From positions 1-64,000 of the IMG/VR virus record IMGVR_UViG_3300031215_000011: 64,000 bases of DNA; one strand, given 5' to 3'. The DNA comes from a virus. A program made the translations under genes and the position numbers. This document shows, in pieces, positions 6,929-16,694 of the stretch (position 1 is its first letter; every line of letters starts with the position of its first letter). The notes under the pieces were generated by a model. That model saw only the letters and a program-made list of their open reading frames with translations, made no database searches and had not been told where the DNA came from.

Positions 6929-9504
6929 GGGACAGCAAATCGGGTCTTATGATAGTAGGGGAGTTCCCTACTTACTATGACTACCAAAATGAAAAGGTAA
7001 TGGCTTCTGCGAAGTATTTACTGTTAAAGAAAGTGTTTGATAAAGCTTTGGAGGACCCATGGGACAATTACTACAGGACTTATTTAGTTCAAGAAGTTTG
7101 CGGTAAAGATACTCCCCCCACTCCTGAGCAGATAGAAGAAGGGAAGGCTCAATTAATAGATCAGATTAACCGATTAAAGCCTAAAGTAATATTAGCTGTA
7201 GGAGGTACTGTTTTACAGGCACTGACAGGTAGAACAGGTATATTGAAACAGAGGGGCAAAATTCTCAATTTAGAGATAGGGGAAACATCCTGTAAGATAG
7301 TTCCAATACTTTCTCCAAGGTATGTTGAGGTAAATGATAAGCACATCAAGAATTTTGCTTACGACGTAGAGAAAGCGGTAAATCTCAGCAAGGGTTTTGA
7401 GTTCACTTCCAAGGCTTCTACCAATACTGTTTTAGTCGATACTGTAGCGAAAGTAGAGGAGTTGATTACTTACATAAAACAAACAGGTACGGCTTCTTTT
7501 GATACTGAGACTACAGGGTTAAATACCCGTGAGGCAGGGTTCAGGGCTACAATGTTATCGTTCACTTTTCAGCATGGGTCGGCTTGGGTTATACCTTTGT
7601 TCCACGACGAAACTCCTTTCTCAAGGGATGAGATTTTGTACATTTTAAAGTTACTGCAGAGAGAGGTATTTGCTAATCCTAACATTGAGAAGATTGCTCA
7701 AAACATGAAATACGATATGCACGTATTAGCTGTTTACGGGGTTACCATTTGGGCAGGCGAGATGCACGATACAATGTTAATGCACCACTTGCTAGATGAG
7801 ACCCAATCTCACGGTTTGAAGGATTTGGTTTCTACTTTTTTCAAACAGTATGCAGGGTATGAGGCAGAATTAGGGGAGAAACCTGATTGGGCTTCTTTGT
7901 CTATCAATACCTTGGTTCCTTATGCAGGTATGGATACCGATATGACTTTGCGTTTAAAGACTTTGTTCGAGAGTTATTTATTGGAGGATGAGCAGTTGTA
8001 TTGTATTTACCGTAACCTCACAATGGCAGCCAACAAGGTTTTATGGCAAGCGGAGCATGAGGGTATGCTTATTGACAAAGAGAAGTTGTTGAGGTACATT
8101 GGAGAGGCTGAGGATATTTTAGAGGCCCAAGATGAGGCGTTGAGGGATAACGGTACTGTTCACAGATTTCAGAGAAAAGTAACACTACGTAAAAAGAAAG
8201 AGAAATTAAAGGAGTTAGATGAGAAAATAGGGAAGTGTAAACCTTTGAAGTCAGGCGGCCAAAGCGTGAGGGAGGTCAAGTATCGAGAACTTAGGAACCG
8301 GATTAAAATTGAGGGCATGGAGACGGAGCCTGTTAATTTCGGTTCTCCTGTTCAGTTAGGGGATTTGCTGTACACGGATGACGGGTTTGGTTATAAGATG
8401 CCTTACGATAAAAAAACTAGAGGTCCTAAACCACTAACAGGAAAAGATTTTATAGCGGAGTTAGAAGATAGTACAGGATTCATAGAGGGGTTGCAAGTTT
8501 GGAGGTCGATAAAAAAAATGCTTTCCACTTACTTGATGGGAATTTACAACAGGCTCGATGATTTTGATAGGATACATACGAGTTTCTTACTCCATGGAAC
8601 AGAATCAGGGAGGCTATCAAGTAGAAACCCTAACCTTCAAAATATTCCTAATTTATCTAAGGTTAAGAACCCTTTAGCGGTCAAGGTAGTAAAGATGGTA
8701 AAGGATGTTTTCAAATGTCCTGATGACCACTTTATAGTTCAATACGATTACTCTCAAGCGGAGTTAAGGATTATAGCAGATTTCGCTAATGAGAAAACCA
8801 TGATAGAGGCGTACCGGAATGATGAGGATATTCACGCTAAAACAGGTGCTAAATTCGCAGGGGTAAGCTTAGAGAATTTATACAAGATGGAGCCCCTTGA
8901 GATCAAAACTCACAGGACGAATGCTAAGGCAGGTAATTTCGGTTTGATTTACCTTATGGCTCCTGAGGGCTTAGTAGAGTATGCTAAGTCTAATTACGGG
9001 CTTATTTTAACCTTGGCTCAAGCTACTAGGATGTGGAATGATTTCTTTGAGTTATATCCAAGGTTGTTAGTGCACCACGACAAGTATATCAACTTGGCTA
9101 GAAGAGACGGGTATGTTAGAACCCTTTATGGCAGAAAAAGAAGAACTCCCGATATTAAGAATGAGAATGAGTACATCCGAGCGATGGATGAGAGGGTGGC
9201 TGTAAATAGTCCTATTCAAGGTACGGCAGGGGAGTTTACAATATTTGCGATTGCTTTACTAGGTTTGAGATTAGACCCACGGGTTAAGTTGGTCAATACG
9301 GTTCACGATTCTATTATTTTCTACATTCCTAAAGATATTTTCGATGATACCATGATTTTGATTAAAGAGACCATGGAGAACTTACCTAATGAGGATTATT
9401 TTGGAACAGAGTTGAAGCATTTAAAAATGAAGGTGGATGCTGAGATTAGTCCTAACAGTTGGGGAGATTTAAAGGACTTCGATTTAAAAAAATATTTGAA
9501 TTAA
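6916..9504 (+). CDS. Family A DNA polymerase with 3'-5' exonuclease and an N-terminal UDG-like domain
   Basis: Exo I SFDTETTGL, Exo II QNMKYDMHVL, Exo III YAGMDTDM. Pol motif A YDYSQAELRI, motif B RTNAKAGNFGLIY, motif C VHDSIIF. The N-terminal ~160 aa (GLMIVGEFPT...ILAVGG...ILSPRY) resembles family-4 UDG. Confidence 0.93.
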   Translation: MEGVGDSKSGLMIVGEFPTYYDYQNEKVMASAKYLLLKKVFDKALEDPWDNYYRTYLVQEVCGKDTPPTPEQIEEGKAQLIDQINRLKPKVILAVGGTVLQALTGRTGILKQRGKILNLEIGETSCKIVPILSPRYVEVNDKHIKNFAYDVEKAVNLSKGFEFTSKASTNTVLVDTVAKVEELITYIKQTGTASFDTETTGLNTREAGFRATMLSFTFQHGSAWVIPLFHDETPFSRDEILYILKLLQREVFANPNIEKIAQNMKYDMHVLAVYGVTIWAGEMHDTMLMHHLLDETQSHGLKDLVSTFFKQYAGYEAELGEKPDWASLSINTLVPYAGMDTDMTLRLKTLFESYLLEDEQLYCIYRNLTMAANKVLWQAEHEGMLIDKEKLLRYIGEAEDILEAQDEALRDNGTVHRFQRKVTLRKKKEKLKELDEKIGKCKPLKSGGQSVREVKYRELRNRIKIEGMETEPVNFGSPVQLGDLLYTDDGFGYKMPYDKKTRGPKPLTGKDFIAELEDSTGFIEGLQVWRSIKKMLSTYLMGIYNRLDDFDRIHTSFLLHGTESGRLSSRNPNLQNIPNLSKVKNPLAVKVVKMVKDVFKCPDDHFIVQYDYSQAELRIIADFANEKTMIEAYRNDEDIHAKTGAKFAGVSLENLYKMEPLEIKTHRTNAKAGNFGLIYLMAPEGLVEYAKSNYGLILTLAQATRMWNDFFELYPRLLVHHDKYINLARRDGYVRTLYGRKRRTPDIKNENEYIRAMDERVAVNSPIQGTAGEFTIFAIALLGLRLDPRVKLVNTVHDSIIFYIPKDIFDDTMILIKETMENLPNEDYFGTELKHLKMKVDAEISPNSWGDLKDFDLKKYLN

Positions 9505-9505
9505 A

Positions 9506-9538
9506 TTTTTGGAGTTCTCAAAAATTTTAATACTTTTA
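9506..9538 (+). promoter_or_regulatory. Phage promoter family copy (degenerate)
   Basis: tttttggagttctcaaaaattttaatactttta. Reverse iteron core TTTTACCAC at 9534-9542. Confidence 0.45.
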
Positions 9539-9572
9539 CCACTCATTTATAAGAACTAAAAATTAATAGCTT

Positions 9573-10502
9573 ATGTTAAACATTAAAGGTCTAAAGGAAG
9601 TTCAGCAAGACCTTAATAAAAAGAACTCCAATGACGATTTGTATATGTACCACCAGGACATTTCTAAGGATGGTACACATATCCGAGTTTTGCCTCCTGT
9701 TCCTGAGTTGAACGGAATGTATTTTGTAGAGCAGACTTTGTTTTGGCTCGATAAAGTTCCTTATGTATCTCCCAAAACTTTTGGACAGCCCTGCCTTATC
9801 GAGAAGGTGCTTAAAGCAGCTAAAGATGACGATGATGAGGATGTAGTTGCTTTGGCTGATGAGATTAGCGAAAAGTACCAATACTTGATTCCTTGTTTAT
9901 TGTTGGATTGTGAGTACGATGATGATAATGAGTTAATCAAGAATGACGTTATAGGCGTTAGGGTATTAGCGTGTGGTCCTCAATTGATGAAGGAAATTAA
10001 CCGTATAGTAACCAATGCTCAGTACCAAAACGGCACAGAGGATGGTATTACTGATATGGAAAAGGGTTGGAACATCACTGTATCCAAAGAAGGTACGGGT
10101 AAAACCACAAAGTACACGGCTATTGGATGGGTACAATCTACTAAGTACCCAAAGCAGTATTACAAGGATGTTCCAAACGTGCTTGAGTTAACTAGGAAAA
10201 GAATGTACTCAGATGATTACCTTGGTGCTGTAATGGAGAATTACTTTTACGGGGAAGAGTTACCTGAGAAAACTGAGCCTAGGTACAAAGCTGTTGCTAA
10301 AAAAGAGGCGGAGCAGGAAGAAGAGGAAGAGACTCCTAAGAAAAAGACTGCTCGTAAACCTGTTGCCAAAAAAGCTACCTCTTCTACTAAGAAGAAAGCA
10401 GTTAAAGTGCCCGAGGAAGAGGAGGAGGAAGATGCTCCCAAAAAAGCTACCAAGAAAAGAAGCTTATTATCTGATATTAACATGGACGAAGAGGATGAGT
10501 AA
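9573..10502 (+). CDS. putative single-stranded DNA-binding protein
   Basis: 309 aa. Lys/Glu-rich low-complexity linker and an acidic C-terminal tail (NMDEEDE), as in phage SSBs. Directly follows the polymerase. No fold-level motif verified. Confidence 0.4.
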   Translation: MLNIKGLKEVQQDLNKKNSNDDLYMYHQDISKDGTHIRVLPPVPELNGMYFVEQTLFWLDKVPYVSPKTFGQPCLIEKVLKAAKDDDDEDVVALADEISEKYQYLIPCLLLDCEYDDDNELIKNDVIGVRVLACGPQLMKEINRIVTNAQYQNGTEDGITDMEKGWNITVSKEGTGKTTKYTAIGWVQSTKYPKQYYKDVPNVLELTRKRMYSDDYLGAVMENYFYGEELPEKTEPRYKAVAKKEAEQEEEEETPKKKTARKPVAKKATSSTKKKAVKVPEEEEEEDAPKKATKKRSLLSDINMDEEDE

Positions 10503-10520
10503 TTTTTAGTTCTTTGTTCT

Positions 10521-10547
10521 GCCCTCCCTTCGGGGAGGGCTTTTTTT
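10521..10547 (+). terminator. Rho-independent terminator
   Basis: gccctccc-ttcg-gggagggc followed by a T7 run. Confidence 0.85.
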
Positions 10548-10570
10548 AATAAACCACAAACTGATTAATA

Positions 10571-11017
10571 ATGGAAAGTAAGGAAGAGATTAAACAATCA
10601 ATTAGAAAAATATTAGTTCAAAAAAAGCTGATAACTGACGTAAGTAAAACCCCCCGACTTCGAGCCATAGACGGTTCGGTAGTATTATTAGATGAGTTAA
10701 TCATGGATTTGGTTACTCCTGCTCTTAGGTTCGGTAAATTAACAAGTAGTCTTAAAGAATTAGTTAGTGATGATGGAGAGGGCTGCGAGTGCGCCTCCTG
10801 TATGTTATCCCAACATCTTGACGAACCTTTGAAAAAATTAGTGTATGCTTCCGATATAGATAAAAGCAACTATAATATTTTTACGTCTCCTTTGTTAGAA
10901 ATGACTGCAGTAGATATCCGAAACGGAGGTTCAAATGATTACCAAGTATCCTTGAGCGTTACTAAAGATAAAAAAGCTTTTATCAAAGAAGGGGATGTAA
11001 ATAAAGCGATAAGATAA
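10571..11017 (+). CDS. hypothetical protein
   Basis: 148-aa ORF. AAACCAC leader motif upstream. Confidence 0.6.
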   Translation: MESKEEIKQSIRKILVQKKLITDVSKTPRLRAIDGSVVLLDELIMDLVTPALRFGKLTSSLKELVSDDGEGCECASCMLSQHLDEPLKKLVYASDIDKSNYNIFTSPLLEMTAVDIRNGGSNDYQVSLSVTKDKKAFIKEGDVNKAIR

Positions 11018-11484
11018 TGGCTATTACAGATAGAGAAATAGAAGTATCAGGAAAAATTACCGATGATTTACGTTACATTGAGATTGACGGGTACGAGCCT
11101 TTAAAAGTCGTAACCCGTTTCCTTCGTGATAAGACTTTGTTGGTCAAGTTTACAGTACATAGGAAAATAAGGTCCCTTGCTCAAAACCGATACATTTGGG
11201 GAGTGGTGGTTCCTACTGTCCGAGCGTGGTACAAGGAAAGCCAAGGAGAGGTTAAAACCAAAGATCAGGTTTATACTTGGCTACGTGTAGGCATAGTAGG
11301 GCATAAGCCTGTTATTACTGAGATGCTAGGTACTCAGGTGGTAACGTTTGAAGGTAAGCGATTTAGTAAAATGAATACTCTTGAGTTTACTGAGGCCATT
11401 GAGGAAATTATAATGAAGTTAGCAGAGATGGGGTGCGAAATACCCAAACCTAGGGAGGAGAATTTATTAAACCAATTTGTATGA
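11017..11484 (+). CDS. NinB/Orf-like recombination mediator
   Basis: RSLAQNRYIWG closely mirrors the lambda NinB (Orf) motif RSLDQNRKLWA. Similar size (155 aa). Lies next to the Mre11-like nuclease. Confidence 0.5.
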   Translation: MAITDREIEVSGKITDDLRYIEIDGYEPLKVVTRFLRDKTLLVKFTVHRKIRSLAQNRYIWGVVVPTVRAWYKESQGEVKTKDQVYTWLRVGIVGHKPVITEMLGTQVVTFEGKRFSKMNTLEFTEAIEEIIMKLAEMGCEIPKPREENLLNQFV

Positions 11485-12539
11485 GAGATTTAGGAACAAT
11501 AGAATTAGAGGCTGATACGTTACCTGTAATATCCTTTTCGGATGTTCAGGCGCACAACTACAAACAGCACAATGTAGATAATAACCGATTGCTTCATTGT
11601 ATAGACGTTTTTGACCGAGTATTCAAACAGGCTAACAAGTTCGGTATAGGGTACATTCTCTTTTCAGGGGACTTGGTGGACCAACAAAAATCTTTGCCCA
11701 CTTCGGTAGTGATTGAGTTGAACAAGTGTTTTAAACGCAACTTTGAGAGGTATCCTGATATTAAATTGATAGCTATTTCAGGTAACCACGATTACGCTAC
11801 TAAGAATTTAATTGATAAACCTGCTGTGAGCGCATTGGAGGCGTTTAGTTGTATGTTCGATAACCTAATTAACCTTGACGATGCGAAAGTGTCTCTAAAG
11901 TTAGCTACAGGGCAAATAATAGATATTTATGGTATTCCTTACTATGAATACCCTGAGCATTTCAAACAAAAGTTAGAGGAGCATTACGAATCGGCTTCTG
12001 AAGGTAAGAACCAAGGACACATTAACGTTTTGCTCCAACATCAAACGCCTAACGGATGGTTAGACTTGGCTGCAGATATTTTTGTTACTGATTTTTATTA
12101 CGATTCTTTTGATTTAGTATTGAACGGGCATATTCACGAGTACCGAGTATTGAGGGAAGGGGATGTTACTTTCGTGAGTGTGGGTAATCCATTGCCTAGA
12201 GATTTATCTGATGCAGGTCAAGGTAAAGGAGTGCTGTTTTTCCAACTTGAATCCATAGAGGCAGGTCATAAGTTTCTCAATACAGGTAAAAAATACCCTA
12301 ACTTCAAGATTAAGATAGAAGGAGAGGAGTTAGAAGAAGGAGAAGAGAACGATTACATTACATGGCAGCCTGACGTATCGGAGTTAAAAGTAGAGGGCGT
12401 GGATGCGGAAAGTTTTAATACCAACCTGAGCCGAAAAGAATTGATTTCTAATTACTGCACTCAGCACAATGAGGACAAGGAAGTTTTGAAGTACGGAGTT
12501 AAGATGCTTGGGTTATTTCAGCAAACTGAGGTTAATTAA
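11481..12539 (+). CDS. Mre11/SbcD-like nuclease (metallophosphoesterase)
   Basis: Motifs FSDVQAHN, FSGDLVD, ISGNHD, LLQHQ and LNGHIHE. Confidence 0.8.
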   Translation: MRDLGTIELEADTLPVISFSDVQAHNYKQHNVDNNRLLHCIDVFDRVFKQANKFGIGYILFSGDLVDQQKSLPTSVVIELNKCFKRNFERYPDIKLIAISGNHDYATKNLIDKPAVSALEAFSCMFDNLINLDDAKVSLKLATGQIIDIYGIPYYEYPEHFKQKLEEHYESASEGKNQGHINVLLQHQTPNGWLDLAADIFVTDFYYDSFDLVLNGHIHEYRVLREGDVTFVSVGNPLPRDLSDAGQGKGVLFFQLESIEAGHKFLNTGKKYPNFKIKIEGEELEEGEENDYITWQPDVSELKVEGVDAESFNTNLSRKELISNYCTQHNEDKEVLKYGVKMLGLFQQTEVN

Positions 12540-12562
12540 AAAAATAATATTATATTTGACAC

Positions 12563-12904
12563 ATGAAACGATTCATTGTAACGCTTTTAATAGGACTATT
12601 TCTAGGATTTAGTTCTACAGGTTATGCGACAGCAGATAACCTGAGCCCAACGTATGAGTTCGTTATCGCAGATGATGTAGGTGCAGAGGTTAGTTCCTTT
12701 GTTGCCACTTCAACTGAGGTTTACGAACCGCCTGCCACATTCATTGTTGGGGAAGCCCCCCTACTTAGTTTAGTACCGGAAACCTCAGATGAGTTTAGGT
12801 ATAAACAGGCAAGCACTTTGATACATAAAAATAACCTTATTCCTTCGATCACGGACGAACAGATTTATAGAAGCCCGAGAGACTCTTTAAATAAGTTTTG
12901 CTAA
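12563..12904 (+). CDS. secreted hypothetical protein (signal peptide)
   Basis: N-terminal MKRFIVTLLIGLFLGFSSTGYATA looks like a signal peptide. It has its own TATATTTG box (12551-12558) and its own terminator. Confidence 0.6.
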   Translation: MKRFIVTLLIGLFLGFSSTGYATADNLSPTYEFVIADDVGAEVSSFVATSTEVYEPPATFIVGEAPLLSLVPETSDEFRYKQASTLIHKNNLIPSITDEQIYRSPRDSLNKFC

Positions 12905-12926
12905 GGCACTTGCTAAACGAACGAAG

Positions 12927-12960
12927 AAAAACCCTTGTAAGAAATTACAGGGGTTTTTTG
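12927..12960 (+). terminator. Rho-independent terminator
   Basis: aaaaacccttgtaa-gaaa-ttacaggggtttttt. Confidence 0.8.
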
Positions 12961-12968
12961 TTTTATAA

Positions 12969-13001
12969 ATTTTGCAGTTCTACAAAATTTAATTACTTTT
13001 G
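12969..13001 (+). promoter_or_regulatory. Phage promoter family copy
   Basis: attttgcagttctacaaaatttaattacttttg with -7 box TACTTTTG-like. Confidence 0.55.
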
Positions 13002-13056
13002 AGTAGGGTTTAATAACTTACGCTCATTGGATATTAAAAAATGTAAAACAATAAAT

Positions 13057-13965
13057 ATGGAAGTGAAAAGGATTGAAAATGTACACGAAGTAGTGATAAG
13101 GTTATTAGGGGAGGTAACTCCTACAGGAGAATCTACTACTGACCAAGTTCGATTGTTGAATTTGAAACAGACTATAGAAGTAGCTGAGAATTTAATAATA
13201 CGCATAGGATTATTAAGGTCGTATAAAAATAACCCAGAGTATTCGATGAGAGTTATGGGTAAAGAGGCTGCAGATTTTATACATGAATTAGTTTATAAAC
13301 TCCCTCAGGTTAATTCTCCTATTCAAGGAGAGGAGGCTGAAAAAATGATGGGGTGTTTATTAGAGCAGGTAAAAGTACCTACTTCTCAAGGTCCTATAGA
13401 TTTTGAAGGTACTCAAAAGGCAGTAATGAAAATGTTAAGTGAATCTCGTCAACCTGTAGGGTCTGTTTTACCCGATTATGTAAAAGAGGTCCAACAATTC
13501 CATGTAGTATTTAGTCACCCGATTGGTTTAAGACCTCATCTTATTTCTAAGGAAAGGGCAGAGTTAAGAATTAATCTACTGAGAGAGGAAGTAGATGAGT
13601 TAGAGGAGGCTTGGAAAGACGGAAATTTAACTGAGGTAGCAGATGCTTTTGCTGATATTGAATATGTGCTAAAAGGTGCAATTATTGAATCAGGGATGCA
13701 AGGAATTATATCCAAGGTATTCAAAGCTGTTCACGATACCAATATGAAAAAACTTTGTTCTTCATTGGAGGAGGCTAAAGCTACTGCAGATTGGTACAAG
13801 TCTCAAGGAGAAGGTAAAATGGGGTACGATTCAGTTACCATTGAAGGTAATACTTATTGGAGAGTGTTTAGAAACTCAGATAAGAAAACCAAGAAGCCAA
13901 AGGATTACGATAAAAATGAAGTTACTAAATTGATAAATCAAATTTTAGATGAAAGTAAGGTTTAA
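13057..13965 (+). CDS. MazG-like nucleotide pyrophosphohydrolase domain protein
   Basis: The C-terminal half has LLREEVDELEEAWKDGNLTEVADAFADIEYVL, an EExxE...D metal-binding helix pair typical of MazG-like enzymes. The ATG at 13057 is preferred over the TTG at 13027 given the promoter position. Confidence 0.6.
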   Translation: MEVKRIENVHEVVIRLLGEVTPTGESTTDQVRLLNLKQTIEVAENLIIRIGLLRSYKNNPEYSMRVMGKEAADFIHELVYKLPQVNSPIQGEEAEKMMGCLLEQVKVPTSQGPIDFEGTQKAVMKMLSESRQPVGSVLPDYVKEVQQFHVVFSHPIGLRPHLISKERAELRINLLREEVDELEEAWKDGNLTEVADAFADIEYVLKGAIIESGMQGIISKVFKAVHDTNMKKLCSSLEEAKATADWYKSQGEGKMGYDSVTIEGNTYWRVFRNSDKKTKKPKDYDKNEVTKLINQILDESKV

Positions 13966-15871
13966 GGGAATAGATGTTGAGGGGTTTGGGTCTATAATCC
14001 AACCTCTCAATTTTAACATTGATAGGAAAGGGGTAACTATCATGTCAGGGCATAATGGTTCAGGTAAAACTACTTTATGGTCAGCTTTAACATGGGGCTG
14101 TTATCAAATCAATTTGAAAGGATTGGTAAATGATATGGTTCAAACTTGGGAGCATTTACAGCCAAAAGGATTCAAAGGTACGAGGTCAATAGTTCATTTC
14201 GATTCCGATGTAGATGGAGATAATTCTTACATGATTGCAAGGCATTTGAAGTTCAAAGGTAAAACAGAAGGTTTGACCGGAGGAAGCAAGTTGATGTTAT
14301 TTAAGCAAGTTGATGAAGAATGGGAGCAGGTTGGAGAAGGTTTGCACAGAGCGGATATACAATCTGAAATAGAAAGGTTGATTGGACTTGATTCTAAAAC
14401 ATTCCTTAATTCAGTTGTGTTCGGGCAGCGAATGGCTCGGATAGTCGATATGGATGGAGTAGAGAAGAGAAAGCTGTTTGAGAATCTTTTCGATATTGAG
14501 TTTTTGAATAGGTTCCGTACTTTTTGTGCTGATAGGTTAAAAGAAGTAAAAGAAGAAATTTCAACTTTAGAGGATTCCAAGCAAAAGTCTCAAGATAAAA
14601 TTGATAATATTCAAACTTCGATTGATGAGGCTGAGAAAGTAGTTTCCGAATTTACCGAAAAGCAGGATGAAAAACTTTATAAAGCAGACGAGAAAATCCA
14701 ATCTTTGAAAGATTCTATCAACGAGAAAGAGACTGAGAAAAAAGAACAGGAAGAAATTACCAAGGGCAAGAAAAAAGATGTAGCAAAGCTTACTGCAGAT
14801 TATCACAAAGCTAAAGATTATTCTGAGGAGGCCAAGGAATTGGTAAGTGCTTCCAAAAAGGAGATCAGGGATTACAATTCGGAGTTAGCAAGTTCTGAGC
14901 GAAAATTAGAAAAACTAAAAGTAGATTTAGAGAATGTAGAGGAGAAATGCACTTACTGCTCCGCTCCTATAGATGAAAACCAAGTTAAGGAGGTTAAATC
15001 TAAGATCAGAGAGAATATCAAAGCGGAACAGAGTGTTATTACTGAGTTAGGTAAGAAAGTCTCTCAAATCGAAGCAAATCAAGCTAAATTAATTGAAGAT
15101 TCCGATAAAGCGGATAAAGAGAAACAGAAACTTTACGATCAACATTCAGGAGTTGAAGAATACAATCGAAAGATAACTTCTGCTATTTCTAAATTGGTTG
15201 CCATAAATAATAGAATAGAGGAATTGCAGCAAGACTTGGATGATAAGCAGGATGAGTACAAAAAAATCAAATCTGAAAAGCCTGTAGTTATTGATATTGA
15301 ATCTAAGAAAACAGAAATAACCGAATACCAAGAATTGATTGAAGATTTTGATACAGATGTAGAAAAATGGCAAAAGGAATTTGAATACTGTGAGTGGTGG
15401 ATTAAGAACGCTCTTGGTTCCTCAGGTCTAAAGTCCTACATTTTTTCAGTCCAATTGCAGAATTTGAATACTAAGCTAGTCAAGTACGGTAGAAGATTCG
15501 GGGTGGATATTAAGATGGGTATTGATTTCGATAAGGCTTCAAAACCATTCAAGACTACTTGCATCAAAGATGGAGAGGAGGTTGATTACAATGAGTTGTC
15601 AGGAGGCGAAAAAGCAAGAATAGATATTTCTTGTGGGTTTGCCATGCACGATTTAGTTATGGGTTCAGTAGATTATAATTTCCTTGTTATGGATGAATTA
15701 TTTGAAGGATTAGATTCAGAGGGTATGGAAGTAGCTTTTGATTTGATTAGAGTTAAATCCCAAGGAAGCAAAGCTGTGTATGTAATTACCCACTCCCCAA
15801 GCGTTGACCCTTTAAATGCTAAAATCATAGATTTCGATAAGAAGGCAGAAGGTTATACACAAATAAGTTAG
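13949..15871 (+). CDS. Rad50/SbcC-like ATPase
   Basis: Walker A SGHNGSGKTT, a long K/E-rich coiled coil, CxxC zinc hook (CTYCSAP), signature LSGGEKARI and Walker B FLVMDELFEGLD. Confidence 0.88.
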   Translation: MKVRFKGIDVEGFGSIIQPLNFNIDRKGVTIMSGHNGSGKTTLWSALTWGCYQINLKGLVNDMVQTWEHLQPKGFKGTRSIVHFDSDVDGDNSYMIARHLKFKGKTEGLTGGSKLMLFKQVDEEWEQVGEGLHRADIQSEIERLIGLDSKTFLNSVVFGQRMARIVDMDGVEKRKLFENLFDIEFLNRFRTFCADRLKEVKEEISTLEDSKQKSQDKIDNIQTSIDEAEKVVSEFTEKQDEKLYKADEKIQSLKDSINEKETEKKEQEEITKGKKKDVAKLTADYHKAKDYSEEAKELVSASKKEIRDYNSELASSERKLEKLKVDLENVEEKCTYCSAPIDENQVKEVKSKIRENIKAEQSVITELGKKVSQIEANQAKLIEDSDKADKEKQKLYDQHSGVEEYNRKITSAISKLVAINNRIEELQQDLDDKQDEYKKIKSEKPVVIDIESKKTEITEYQELIEDFDTDVEKWQKEFEYCEWWIKNALGSSGLKSYIFSVQLQNLNTKLVKYGRRFGVDIKMGIDFDKASKPFKTTCIKDGEEVDYNELSGGEKARIDISCGFAMHDLVMGSVDYNFLVMDELFEGLDSEGMEVAFDLIRVKSQGSKAVYVITHSPSVDPLNAKIIDFDKKAEGYTQIS

Positions 15872-15883
15872 TACATTTGAGTT

Positions 15884-16168
15884 ATGGAGGCTAAAAAGAA
15901 AACAGGATTCAGTAGAGCAGAAATGCGGAGGACTTACGTTAAAGTAGCAGGTAAGCGCATTAAGCTTACTGAGTACATTAAATCCGTATCAGCTATTTTA
16001 CCACCTCTAAGGAACAAAGATGTAAAAGGTAACCCAATCATTAATCATAGAATAGAAATGCAGGCTATGTATAGGGAGAGCGGATTACAGGGGATTGAGA
16101 GGTACCTACAAGCTGTTAATGAGATAGTAGCTAAGAATGAGCAAGAACAAAAGGAATATCAGCCATGA
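15884..16168 (+). CDS. hypothetical protein
   Basis: 94-aa basic ORF. Confidence 0.55.
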   Translation: MEAKKKTGFSRAEMRRTYVKVAGKRIKLTEYIKSVSAILPPLRNKDVKGNPIINHRIEMQAMYRESGLQGIERYLQAVNEIVAKNEQEQKEYQP

Positions 16169-16694
16169 TTTATTTGGAGGCTTCAAAAAAGAGGGTATAA
16201 ATTCCAAGGCCAAGGGGGATTCTAATGAATTAATTTCCTGTAAGTGGCTTGCTAAATGGACTTCTTACCCTTTTGCTAGAGTTCCCCGTTCAGGGGGCTT
16301 GAGGTGGAAAAACTTCTCTAAGGTCGTAGGCGATGTTATTTGCCAAGATGAGGAGTTAGATTTTCCTTTTGTTGTAGAGACTAAGCATTACAAATCAGTT
16401 CCGGTATCTACCAAGTTGAGGTCTAATAGCATCATGTACAAATTTTGGAAGCAGGTTCAGGGGGATTCCAACCGTGTAGAAACGAAGTATCCTTTGATGC
16501 TGATACGAGAGAATGGTATGCCTAGGATGGAGTATTATTTTGGAGTGCAGCATTGGTTAATTCCTTTTATCAAGTGTGAGCCTATAGTTACGGCTGCTAA
16601 TGATTTAGTAGTTTACAAGTCTCAGGATATTTTGAGAAGTACAAAATTTAATTACCTTTACGGTAAAATTAAACAACATGAACAAGATAGTTAG
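16137..16694 (+). CDS. Hjc-like PD-(D/E)xK nuclease (putative Holliday junction resolvase)
   Basis: KGDSNELISCKWL...RVPRSGG...VGDVIC...FVVETKHYK matches the KG-E ... R-P-SG ... D ... ExK arrangement of archaeal-type resolvases. Confidence 0.5.
   Translation: MSKNKRNISHDLFGGFKKEGINSKAKGDSNELISCKWLAKWTSYPFARVPRSGGLRWKNFSKVVGDVICQDEELDFPFVVETKHYKSVPVSTKLRSNSIMYKFWKQVQGDSNRVETKYPLMLIRENGMPRMEYYFGVQHWLIPFIKCEPIVTAANDLVVYKSQDILRSTKFNYLYGKIKQHEQDS

Noticed and set aside
10294-10509. Alternative-frame 71-aa ORF (and antisense 10247-10483) inside the putative SSB gene
   Set aside because: These are artefacts of the purine-rich Lys/Glu low-complexity tract. The products are poly-basic or poly-Ser nonsense.
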